DNA of 64,000 nt from contig CP158636.1 in NCBI GenBank assembly GCA_050273025.1, positions 12,028,001 to 12,092,000 of the forward strand, written 5' to 3'. Numbering within the stretch: position 1 is the first letter of the stretch; each line of letters begins with the position of its first letter. The stretch is from Cenococcum geophilum (lineage: Eukaryota). The notes under the pieces were generated by a model, which was given only the letters and a program-made list of their open reading frames with translations, did no database searches and was not told the origin of the DNA. Shown one piece after another: positions 34,705 to 45,972 of this stretch. The translations under genes were made by a program, and so were the position numbers.

Positions 34705-35556
34705 ATGGTAAAACCCACCTTAATATTACGCCACTTTCTCCCTTACGATGCAGTTAGCACCGGAAATCTGGTGCTCGACGTCCGACATCCCGAGCAGGAA
34801 TTCTTTACTCCGGAAGCGGGGTGCATCTTAGATAAGGATATCGTAACTCAACACCTAGAAAACTTCAGCTACGTTATGGATCAGACTAAAGGCTCGGGGC
34901 TTCATGCATACCTAACTACATTCTTTTCGACCTCTTCCAGCAGTCAACACACGTCGAATATCAATATATCTTCCGCATCATGCATTACACGCCAGCTAAA
35001 GAACCCTGGAACGATATTCGAACAGATGTGTGGGTCAAACCGAACACGCGCTTGGTTAGAGCGTGCGATGCGAAGAAACAAACCCGTCTATATGGTTTCG
35101 GGAATCCAAAGCTTGGTGGATACACAAGTTAACGAGAGTGATGAGCGAGTGCTGCAGAATAAGGCAAGTGCCAAAATGCCCGCCACGCTAGCTAGCGCTA
35201 TCAGCCCCGGGGCCGCCATCCCTAGTGGGGAAATTCTTGATTGTGGTGTGGGGATGTCTCGAAACGACCGGTCCAACGAACGCATGAAATTCAGCGCGCC
35301 GGGAGAGCAGATCTTTGCCGTCCAGTACCGGAAGATCCGGTTCTCTCGGTTCTCTCGAAACGATGTCGATGATGCATATCTTCAGCTTGCAAGCCGTTGG
35401 AAAATATACATGGGCAGCAGAGGAGGAAATGGAACTGAACAAGTCAAAGATATCGTCGACGCCCAGGCTTCGGAGGACTTGCAACTTGACGATATCAAAT
35501 ACCAGTATTTCAAGACGATAAACGTTGATGGAGAGGATATAATGTACCTTACTTAG
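34705..35556 (+). CDS. Fungal gasdermin-like pore-forming protein (HET-Q1/RCD-1-like), 283 aa
   Basis: Intronless, with size and motif layout typical of fungal gasdermins: GNLVLDVRHPEQEF near the N-terminus, TRQLKNP..FEQMC...TRAWLE, PVYMVSGIQSLVD, FSAPGEQIFAVQYRKI, then a short acidic C-terminal tail. Adjacent to a protease gene. Confidence 0.82.
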   Translation: MVKPTLILRHFLPYDAVSTGNLVLDVRHPEQEFFTPEAGCILDKDIVTQHLENFSYVMDQTKGSGLHAYLTTFFSTSSSSQHTSNINISSASCITRQLKNPGTIFEQMCGSNRTRAWLERAMRRNKPVYMVSGIQSLVDTQVNESDERVLQNKASAKMPATLASAISPGAAIPSGEILDCGVGMSRNDRSNERMKFSAPGEQIFAVQYRKIRFSRFSRNDVDDAYLQLASRWKIYMGSRGGNGTEQVKDIVDAQASEDLQLDDIKYQYFKTINVDGEDIMYLT

Positions 35557-35895
35557 TTTACTTCTACTATACACATTGATTGAATGCTGACGGAATTAAT
35601 TTCCATACACGGTTCTTCGAATATGATGCCCAAACACATCTTGTGCTTTGTCTGATCGGTTTCGCACTGGATACTATCATTCTTAGGAATCAGTAATCCA
35701 GCCTTGCAGTAGTTCCCCTTCTTGTAGATGCTAAGCAGCGCTATAACTATAAAGAACAAAGTAATATTTCCATTCATCACCGATTTCATACTGGATACAC
35801 ATTCATGGCAGCGAAAGATTACATCACATCACTATTTTTGTTATGTGATTATAGTTAGGTACCGGTGTAAAACTGACTGTCTTTTCGGTGACAAC

Positions 35896-37950
35896 TCAAC
35901 CAACGCGTACCCTCACTTCCATCATCTGCCAATCACCGATGTCTGCAGCATAAGTTGCATTCCTTCTTGGACAGGCAAGTTTGTGAAGAAGTCGTTGGAG
36001 ACCGTTCTGAGTATCTGTCCCGCCACGGAAACCCCTCAACTCAGCGGAATCAATAGCAGGAAGTTCTAGAGAGCGAAACGAGGCTGGTTCCAACGTTACA
36101 AAAACTTTCAGTATATCTAGGACGGATACCGGCTGAGGAACGTGTTGCATTAGTTGCGATGGGATACCCATTCTGAGTTGAATCGTTCGTTTTTGCCCTG
36201 GTTCCAGGCATTCAAAGTCGGCCCGGGCAGGGTAGATCTGAGAGATACCAAACAGCGGGGCGAGGTTGAACAAGGCGAAGTAGACTGTTTCTGAGCCATG
36301 ATTCCCTACGTATAAGTTGATCCGCTCTGTGTTCCTTACTCTATATTCCGCTCCAGCTTCTTCGTGCTGCGTAGAAGATACGCCGGGTACACGGGATAGT
36401 TCAAGTGAGAGACTACCTCGGAGATTGGATGTACCGTCAGGGTTATCTATCTTCTTGACCGCGGAGAATTGCGCCAAATGTCGGATCCGACCAATAAGCT
36501 TGGGCATCGCTGTAGGTTCTCCTGCTAGCAAAAACGGCAGTGGTGGGGCGATGTTAGGCAAGGGTATCCCATAGCTGTCTCCGATCTCATATTCGCCCCT
36601 GTCGTTAGTGGTGATATGAAATGATGACAAGGCATGATTCTCGGTACCTGTGACTAGCTGAAGCCAGCCATCATTCCCTTTGTGAATCTCCCAGTCTCGG
36701 GCAAAAATTTCCATTGTCGCAGCTTCGCGAGAGAAGAAAGTGACCTGAAATTTCTCCTCAAAAGGCAGCTTGAGGAGAACTGCTGGACAACCTGGTTCAA
36801 TATTGCCTATGTTTGCGTCACTCAATTCAACGATAGTCGCGACGGATATGAGTGATAAAACCTCCTTCACTACCACTCTCATTGCCCCAGTGCCACTGAT
36901 CCTTGTACCAAAGGGATAGACAGCGTACTCGGAACCAATATGAACACCATGTGAAGTACCACCTGCCAGGTCTAGCTCGTCACCCACTCTTTGAAAGGAG
37001 GATATACGTCGAACGGATATTGTATTTATCTGTGCGATAACATGGGCACTGAAGAAGAGACGATCGATCTCACCAGCGAAGAAAGGGGTCTGGTCCACAA
37101 ACTCATCCCGGACCCTCCCACATACGCGCTGATACAGTGCTCGGGATGAAGGCATCTGGGATAGGCCGTGTCTGAGCGTTTGCAGAAGGCAGTGTGTGAA
37201 GACGCCGTGCACGCGGCCATCGTCAAACATGACTTCTCTCGCCCGTTCCTGTGGAAGGCAGGCCGCAAATAAGGTGAAGCCTTCTGGCTCTCTAAGCATA
37301 AGAGACCCATTGCGTTCTATCTCCCCGAAGGAGTCAGGAAGGTCCTCCGGAAGAACCGATTTGTAATATCCCTTGACCGCCCGTACTGTCTCTCTCCCAG
37401 CGTTTCGTACAGCCCCACCAGAATGACAGCAGTCGAGAATCACCGTGATCACCAAATTCTTGTCAACCATCCTCTTTAGGAAGAGAGCTATTTCGAGATC
37501 ACGCAAGTACTGTCCCCCACAGGCAACATCAGTGGGGACAAAAGCTTCATCCCATTCCGTCCCAGATTTCAATTTTGGAAAAATGGTAGTTGCACGTGCG
37601 CCATGGCCTGAGTAGTGAATATATACCATATCTCCTGGCTTTGCAAGGTTGATGATTGAGTTTAGTGCATTGGTGATGTTCTTGTATGTCGGCTTGTCTT
37701 CATCTCTATTCGCGCATTCGCAGAGACCATCATCTTCGGGAATAGGAGCAAGGAGTTTAATGATATGACTCTCTTCGACCTTCATTATCTCCAGAAGAAA
37801 CTGTTCAACCTCCAGAATATCCTGTACGCAGCCATTCAAGTTGTTGTATTCAATGGGTCTGTCTTCGATGTCCAGCCTTGGTGTAGGGCCTTTGGGGTAG
37901 TGATTTATTCCTATCAATAGCGCCCATTTACCTCCGACAATTTCTGACAT
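35896..37950 (-). CDS. Caspase-family (peptidase C14, metacaspase-like) protease with long C-terminal extension, 684 aa
   Basis: KWALLIGINHY, LNGCVQD, catalytic His in HYSGHG, DEAFVPTD, catalytic Cys in ILDCCHSGG, and GVFTHCLL. No introns; ATG at 37950. Confidence 0.92.
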   Translation of the reverse strand: MSEIVGGKWALLIGINHYPKGPTPRLDIEDRPIEYNNLNGCVQDILEVEQFLLEIMKVEESHIIKLLAPIPEDDGLCECANRDEDKPTYKNITNALNSIINLAKPGDMVYIHYSGHGARATTIFPKLKSGTEWDEAFVPTDVACGGQYLRDLEIALFLKRMVDKNLVITVILDCCHSGGAVRNAGRETVRAVKGYYKSVLPEDLPDSFGEIERNGSLMLREPEGFTLFAACLPQERAREVMFDDGRVHGVFTHCLLQTLRHGLSQMPSSRALYQRVCGRVRDEFVDQTPFFAGEIDRLFFSAHVIAQINTISVRRISSFQRVGDELDLAGGTSHGVHIGSEYAVYPFGTRISGTGAMRVVVKEVLSLISVATIVELSDANIGNIEPGCPAVLLKLPFEEKFQVTFFSREAATMEIFARDWEIHKGNDGWLQLVTGTENHALSSFHITTNDRGEYEIGDSYGIPLPNIAPPLPFLLAGEPTAMPKLIGRIRHLAQFSAVKKIDNPDGTSNLRGSLSLELSRVPGVSSTQHEEAGAEYRVRNTERINLYVGNHGSETVYFALFNLAPLFGISQIYPARADFECLEPGQKRTIQLRMGIPSQLMQHVPQPVSVLDILKVFVTLEPASFRSLELPAIDSAELRGFRGGTDTQNGLQRLLHKLACPRRNATYAADIGDWQMMEVRVRVG

Positions 37951-38610
37951 TCTTACGAAATATCGCGGTAGACTTTGGAAACATATAGTTGTTGTATGAC
38001 CGATTTCCAGATGACTATTGGCTACTGATCGCCGGTTCAAGTACCATGAGAGAAGCTAGGGGGTCTTTGGTTTCTGTTCTAGCAAGAGCCGGAACATATC
38101 AAGCTCATTCCGGAATACTGAGCCCTAGTTATAGGAAAAAGCAAGTATTCCAGAGGTTTTATTGGTCGGCAGTTTCAGGCAGAAGCCTCGTCCCAGAGTG
38201 ATGAGCCTGCATCATGCGTTACGTCGACCAACCTCATCCCTAGCATTGGCAGCCTGGAACGTTGCTACAGCCAGTGGATGAAAGTCTCCGCCCTCACCGG
38301 AACCTTCACCGGAGCTGACGAGAGGGTGTCGGGCGTATCCGACCCTCGACGCCGCAGCTGAGGCATAGGCTGGATATCACCACCCAGAGGGCCATTGGCC
38401 CAAGGTCCCTAGCTTACAGACCACAGGACGGCTGATGTCTCCACCGTTTCCCAGCCTCGTTGGAAAGAGACTTTCCTTTGACGGTTCCTTTCATTGCCCT
38501 TAAAAGACCCTGATGGAATCTGATGCGACGGGGACAAAAAGCTATAAACAATCTTGAAAGAGTCTACTCACTTCCCCTACTGCGCGTCAATCTTGTTATC
38601 ACCGATCAGG

Positions 38611-39137
38611 ATGCGTGCGTTTTGTCTTGATCGGGAGTTAACTAATTCAATACTTGAGCTGAGCGAGGATGAACTACGTGCCTTCGCGGAACTTCACGAA
38701 GACCTGACAAACGATAGGCAGATTGAGCTATATATATTCACGCTGTGTATCCTTGCTACACGATCCAAATCTGTAGCAGACGCGCAGTTAGCGACTCAGT
38801 ACGCCGAAGGATGGGCCAACAGGCCAACTGAGGGCACCCCAGAACGAGCACGGCGTGAGGGAATTTTAAACAATGTGGCGTCTGTTATGTGCCACGTCCA
38901 GTGAGTCTTCAACGCTAGTCGCTCCGATGCGCTGTTGTAGATGGGATGTTTCCACTCAAGAACTCGGTGTGAGAAGCAATAAATGGCTTGTTTTTGAGCA
39001 TACAGCTCGGCCAGTGTTGCCGAAAGCTCCGTTACCGTATTTTACCACCTAACGCATGGTCTCACCTAACGCGGCAGAGCAAGCTCAGGACACGGTGGAC
39101 ATTTACCGGATCCTCGGAAGTGAGTGCTTTTGGAACC
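38611..39137 (+). pseudogene. 5' part of a putative TPR-CHAT protease-like gene, interrupted by retroelement insertion
   Basis: Exon 1 (38611-38900) encodes a helical peptide ...QIELYIFTLCILATRSKSVADAQLATQYAEGW...PERARREGIL, resembling (from recall) N-termini of fungal TPR-CHAT proteins. GTGAGT donor at 38901; sequence turns into RIPed TE at ~39138. No CHAT domain is visible in the window. Confidence 0.5.
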
Positions 39138-39628
39138 TTATCTTTAAATAATAACCCCCTAGCACGCAGTACCCAAGTTGAGAAAGGAAAGATGGAGACG
39201 GCAGAGGCGGAAGGAGGCTTAACGCGTTAATCGCGTTGGGAACGCGCCAAGACAACCAAGGCCCTTAAAAATAATAGTTATAAGAGCGATATAGAAGATA
39301 CGGTTTATGTGGCAGCAGTAGCCCCTAGTATACCACGATTAAAGCGTATAGGGAAAAAACTACGCCATAAGGATTAAATAGTATTAACAAGAAACTGCGT
39401 AATAGCTAAAAAGAGAGCAGAGTAGCTAGCAACCATAATAAACTAATTAATAACTAAGAAGATAAATACAACAATAAACATGTAGATTAAGGTGCTAACT
39501 AACCTAGTTATGTTACTACTAGGGGCGTTAGAGGAGCAGAAAGAGGCATAAGCAAACTAAATTAAAGTTATTAGCGAAATATTTATAAAGCAGATTAATG
39601 CGCTTAGAGTAAAGGTTACGGAAAAGAT

Positions 39629-42600
39629 TGTCGGGAATGAGGCAATTTGCCGTCACGTACGGCAAACTGCCGTCACGTGATGGCAAGTTGCCATCACGTG
39701 TCGCCGCGGCACTAGCGTGGCGAGGAGCCTTAAGCTCCTCGCCCTTCCTCATTCCAATCAAAAAGCTTTATTAACCAACATCACTGTAACCTACTCGAGT
39801 AGTCGTTATTGGTGAGTCACCCTATATAACTAACACTAATTAGTAGTTAAATACACAGTTAACTACAGAGCAGCTAGGTTTTTAAATAGAAGAGATAGTC
39901 TCGTATAGGGGTGCTATATACGCTTATATGGAATAGATCCCGGCAATACTATACTACCTTAGACTTACGGAAAACTAGTAATAGAAGTGTCACTAAGTAC
40001 TAGGAGATACTAAGTTGCGTCTATTATACAGAACAACCGTGTTTACGAAGATTTAGTTAAGTACTTTAGGTTAGAAGTGTTACTAAACCTAAGGTCCTAA
40101 GTTAACGTCCAAAACGTGTTAAATAATATCTTAAATTGCCTACCTCTTAATAGCAAACCTATGAGATCCTATAAAACCGAAAATCCTACCTACCTTCGAC
40201 GTATGACACCCCGTTAATTCTATACCTACTATGGCGTTAACCTACCTAAAGAAGTATAAGGAAGATATTAACCTAAAGACATGGAATAAAGCTATAATTA
40301 ACTTTATAAACGCTAATAAACAAGACTTAAATGGATTTTTATTACACCGTATAGTATATTATAAGAATAGTAAATACAACGATACCGCGCTATGGGAATG
40401 TATAAAGGAGGACTTTATTAGATAGATAAAGGAAACATAGGCCCCTATAAACAAGGATATTATACGGGACTTCTGTAACTTCCTTTAGGAGAATAAAGTA
40501 TTTGTCCCTAAGGACGGGGGTACTATTAGAGACAATATTTAGGAGCAAGTTCTTAATGTAAAAGAAGAGCATGAATGGACTGTATAAGAGATTAAGCACT
40601 AACTACGCACTATAAGGAAGCTTAACTTATAATAGAATCCAAGTAATATACTATAAGAGACACGTTCTAATTCTATTACTTTAGGTATAAGTTCTTCCGT
40701 TCTGTATCTATCGCCTCTACCTCTATCTTTAGTTCCCTAGAATCTACTAATTTAACCCGTAACTTTAACTACTGCCTCTTAACATAAGTAAGCATAAGAT
40801 CCCCTTGCTTCGCGATTTACTAATCTTTAGACTCCACTGACTAGACCTATGTCCCTACTATAGCCTATAATGTAACTCCTACCTCCTCTATCTTAATCTT
40901 AAATTGGAGGTAGTTTAAAATTGCTTATAGAGCTTACGAAGCTCTATTTGGATTAGGAGAAGAAGTTTAGCAGGGAATTATACGATATTCTTAATTTAAA
41001 ACTATGTATCTTCTATAACTATTACTAGAAGGTAGGAATAGAGTCTAATTAATACTATAACGCCTATTCTGTTATGCTTAAGGGCCGAGCTAGTACCTTC
41101 TATTATAATTGTTTGGTAGAAAAAGGATATAATTTTAACCATATAATATATGAGTTAAGATACCACTTTAAAATAGAAGAGAATAAGTAGTAGTATATGT
41201 TAGAATAGAGAGAGACTACCTTTTTAAGGATTATTGCTACAAACCTAGGTGTCCCTTGGCTTAATTGTTTTTAAAAGCTCTTTAATTAACTTTAGATGAT
41301 TTAGCGTGGTTTATCCGAATTATATTAAGAGGACTTTAGCCTACGTGATTAAGTTATTAGCGTATATTAAGGTATTAAAGAATATAACCTTACTCTCTTT
41401 AATCCTATAAATACTTATAAAGGAGTATATACTTAATTAAGATCTTTTATTAGCACCGCTCTATGCTCTTAAGAAGTATAGTAATTTAACGCCTAACTCT
41501 AACCTACTTTAATTGACCCGCCTAACCAATACAATTATAACTAGACTGATTAAACATATGGTAGCCGGGGTAGGCAATACGGTAAAGGGTATAATTAACG
41601 ACTATAAGGTAAAGGTGGAGGTTCTTATAGAGGTTTATTTTAAAGTAATCGCTAGAAAAAGTGCTACGTTTGTAAGAAACCAAATTGCTAGTTAACTAGG
41701 CATTCTTTTAATAAATAAAAGGAGGTATATAATAAGTTCCGCCAGAGTATAAGAAACGTTAGAAATTATAAGGTTACTATGGCCTACTTCTAAAGCTTCC
41801 TAGTTTAATATAAAGGCGTAGAAGATTTTAAGAGTAAGGTTAATAAGGCCGAATAGCTCCTTATAGATATAGAAATTAAGGAGTACTTACCTAACTAATA
41901 CTTTACTAAGTATAGTAAGGTAGATAGTATATAAACCGTTACTATTCTTAATAACTAATCTACGCTCTATTTTACCATGAAGTTAGATATCTTTAATAAG
42001 CTAAGGAAGAGTTCCGCGTTCTCCTTTAATAATAAATACTCGGCGAACGTCTTTTATAGTATTATACTAGATACTAGAGCCGCAGGAGTATCTATAGTAG
42101 GAGAACCTTAAGTTTAAGCCCTTTAGTAGCTTAATAGCTCTGTTTAGATTAACTATTTAATAGCAGGCTAATACACGATTTGTTTTGGTAAGGGTACTAT
42201 AATCTTTATTGGCACAATTAGGGTCTAAACCCCCTTAGGGTATATTACCTTTTACGTCGTTCCTATAAACACCCTGTTTCTATTTTATATTAGAGATATA
42301 GATAAATTAGGCGTTAAGCTTAATAACCTTAAGAATATACTTATTTAGGGAGATAATTAGGTGCCTGTTATACGCAAGTAGGGTTACCCCTAGTTACTCC
42401 TTTATTAACTAGAAAAGAGTATTGCTTAGAGCTATTTAACTAAGTTAGAGTTACGTTAACTATACCGTCGTTTTGGCCACCTATCCGTTTACTAATTACT
42501 TAGGGTTCTTTAGCGGGCAGGCTATGAAGTTAAGGTTAAGGCAATTAAGTATCTTATAAAGTACTACTATTAATACTAAATGAACCAGAAGTCCCCTGGC

Positions 42601-45600
42601 CGATTTAAGTTTACCCTTAAAGATAACTATAACTTTAATTTCTATATTATTATTAACGTTATATATCTTAGCGGCAAGCTAGTACTCTAAGTTATTAACT
42701 TCTTAACCTCCTTCTAAGCTGTATAATTCTTAAAGGATATATTAGCTAGGAACGTATAGGATACCCTTTAATTATACTAGATCGATGTCTACCTAGGACC
42801 CCCTAATTAAATTGTCTATAATATAGGAAAGAACTTCTTATCTATAGAGTTTTGATAATAAATAAAGGTAATGGTAATTAAGGTTAAGGAAGTCCCTGTT
42901 AAGGCATATAATAGTATCGGAAAAGTAGAATAATATTACGCGCTATTACGCCGCGTATATAAGATTATCTCTTTAGAACTAGAGGACGCTAGTGAAGAAC
43001 TTACCTTATAAATAGCTGTTAAAGCTATTAACGATTCCGCTGGCCCGGATAGACTTATATCTACATTACTAGTTTTTAGCGCCTACCCTTAAATAACTAA
43101 TAATTCTTTACTATCTCCCTCTGTTATATAATGAGCTAAGGCTATTTGCAAGGCAACGAAGGAGGTATAACGTCTCTACGCTATACGCTAGGTTAATAAC
43201 GTACTAGGAATAAGAAATGGCCTAAATACCTTAACTACGCTCGATCTGCTACTTTAGTCTAAGGTACGCGTATGGCGTAAAAAGGGAGGATAGTTAGGCC
43301 CATATTAACTTATTGTAATTAATAGTTAAACTTATACTATTTAGATGCTTTACGGACCCACTTAATTCCGTTTAACTGTTATTAAGCCTTATTATAAAGA
43401 TAATAGTTTTAAGCCTTTATAGGATACTATAGAAGATGCCCTAGAGGAAAGCTATAATTAATGTGCTCTAGAAGGCGACCATAATCCTAATATAATTGTA
43501 GTAGATACGCCGCAACTATGACGCGGTAGAGGTCGCCCGAAGGGATTATAAAATCGCTAACATCTTATTAATTTTAAAGAGTAATTTATTACCGCCATTA
43601 AGAATGGAGTTAAGCTATTAATGGCCTTTATAACAGCTAAGGAGAAGGCTAACTTTAAACTTGTAAAATAGCTCCGAAAGGAAGGTTACATTATAACTTT
43701 AGGAGCTCCTTTTTAAGCATCCGATAAGTAGGAGATCGATAGTCTTATTATAAGAGGGGTCTTTAAATTTAAGAAGTATGACCCTACTAAGTTTAATGAA
43801 GTTCGCATCTTTAAGTTAAGAATGGTTAACGAGATTAAAGGTAAAGCTACTAACGCCCTATTTAAGAAATTAAGGCTTATTATTTAAGGCTATTACGATA
43901 ATAGTAAGGAGGTAATTCTTATATAATTTCCTATGATTTAACGAGCCAGTTAGCGAGTTATTGTTACACTAGCTCCCTCCCTAATAAAGAATAAAATGGT
44001 AGTTTATCTACAAGATATTACTTAAGCCTATACCTAATTAGAGACGCACCTTTAGCGCTTAATATTAGTATACCTTTTAAAGCAAATTCGCCACTAATAC
44101 TCCAAAGATATGATTATGGTTATGCTTAAGCTATTATATAGAATTGTAGAGGCAGGAACTTACTAGTAGGCTACCTATAGCAAGCACTATAAAGAGAAGC
44201 TTTTAATAACTACTTCTATATTTAATTTATACTTCCTTATTACAACTACGGGAACTCTATTTAGAATCGTCGGTATATAAACTAATAATATAATTATCTT
44301 AGAAGATGACCGATTTTTAGCTCTTAAAGAAGACGAGCTAGTAAAGGTAAATCTTATGGTAAAGCTAAAGGAAAAGCTTAATTTGACAACACTATTACTC
44401 TTTAATAGATGTGTCCTCTCCCTAAATAAGGATTCTATTGCTTTGTGCTAGAAGGGTTAAGGCAAGAAGATTAATATTATTAATATTAATTCTCTAAAAT
44501 AAGGATATATAGAGCAACGCGCTTATAGAGCTTATATCGCTTCTATCTATTAACCTAAGGCTTTATTTGATCTCTTTATTGCCGCTTAATACTAGGAACT
44601 AACTAAGGATAACGTCCTTGCCCTAAATAAGCGTCTCTTTTAGTAAATAAACTATCTTAACCGGGGACTACTCTACGTGCCTATTAATCTTCCTACCGCT
44701 AAGCTCTTTATATTTGTTAATGGATCGTTTATAAATAATAAAGATTTTAGCTCCTAGCTAGGATATAAGATTATTATTATAAACAAATCTACTAGAGAGA
44801 ATAACTTTACGATTTACGGTAATCTTATCTATTAGAGCTTAATTAAGAGTAAGCGCGTTACTTAAAGCGTTCTAGCGTTAGAGATATATAAAATGGTTAG
44901 TGGAGTTAATATAGCAATTATAATTAGAACTACCCTAAAGATAATTATAGATTAACTTAAACTTCCCGTTATCCCTATAATCGTGTGTACTAACTTATAC
45001 TCCCTCTATAAGTGCTTAGTTAAGCTTAGTACTATAAAGAAGAAGCGCCTTATAATTAATATTATGGTACTTTATTAATCCTATAAACGGCGAGAACTCT
45101 TTAAGATTTAATAGATTAACGGTTAAGATAACCTAATAGATATAATGACGAAGGCAAACCTAAACAAGGCTCTAGAAACGTTTATTAACATAAATACTTT
45201 ACGCGTACGAGTTAAAGGTTAGGTTAAAAGGGAGTAAGAGTATAACGCTCTATAGACCCTAATTTTAACTAGCTAATTAGGATTTTCTATACCTAGTATA
45301 GAAAATTACTATTAGCTTACTTATAGCTAGCGCCTTAGCGGCCCTAACGGCCCTAATACGATATCTACCTACGACTCCTTAGCAAGAAAGCACTATATGC
45401 TAAGAGGCAAATTTTGGGATAGTAAGACTTATATTATAATAGCAATAGTAAGTAAAAAGGATCTATATTTATTATAATAGTTAAGCAGTATTTATATATA
45501 GAGGGCAACTATAAAAGAAGAGTTGCTAGTGTCGGGAATGAGGCAATTTGCCGTCACGTACGGCAAACTGCCGTCACGTGATGGCAAGTTGCCATCACGT

Positions 45601-45736
45601 GTCGCCGCGGCACTAGCGTGGCGAGGAGCCTTAAGCTCCTCGCCCTTCCTCATTCTAATTAAAAAGCTTTATTAACTAACATCACTATAACCTACTTGAG
45701 TAGTCGTTATTGGTAAGTCACCCTGTGTGACTAATA
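39629..45736 (+). mobile_element. Full-length Ty1/Copia-like LTR retrotransposon, RIP-inactivated
   Basis: 207-bp LTRs at 39629-39835 and 45530-45736 (TG...CA/TA), flanked by AGAT on both sides. Degenerate integrase LHRRFGHPS (~42460) precedes RT KPLYGI.EAG.HW (~44130), VG.QTDD (~44270) and RNase H FVDGSF (~44710). Confidence 0.92.
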
Positions 45737-45972
45737 AGATGGAGGTAATTTAGACCCAATTATCTAATATTTAAGCACTACTAAGCGCGGCTCTATTATA
45801 CGCGGATATTGCCTATACGTTACTAAGCAGTTAACTAAGTAACCTAATATCCTTTCCTTTAAGAAATACCCTACTATTAACTATTACTAATATACTATAC
45901 TATATAGTTAATATATTTAGAGTTAAAGAGGAAAATAAGAAAAAAGTATAACTGGGGATAATTAGGTAAGTA

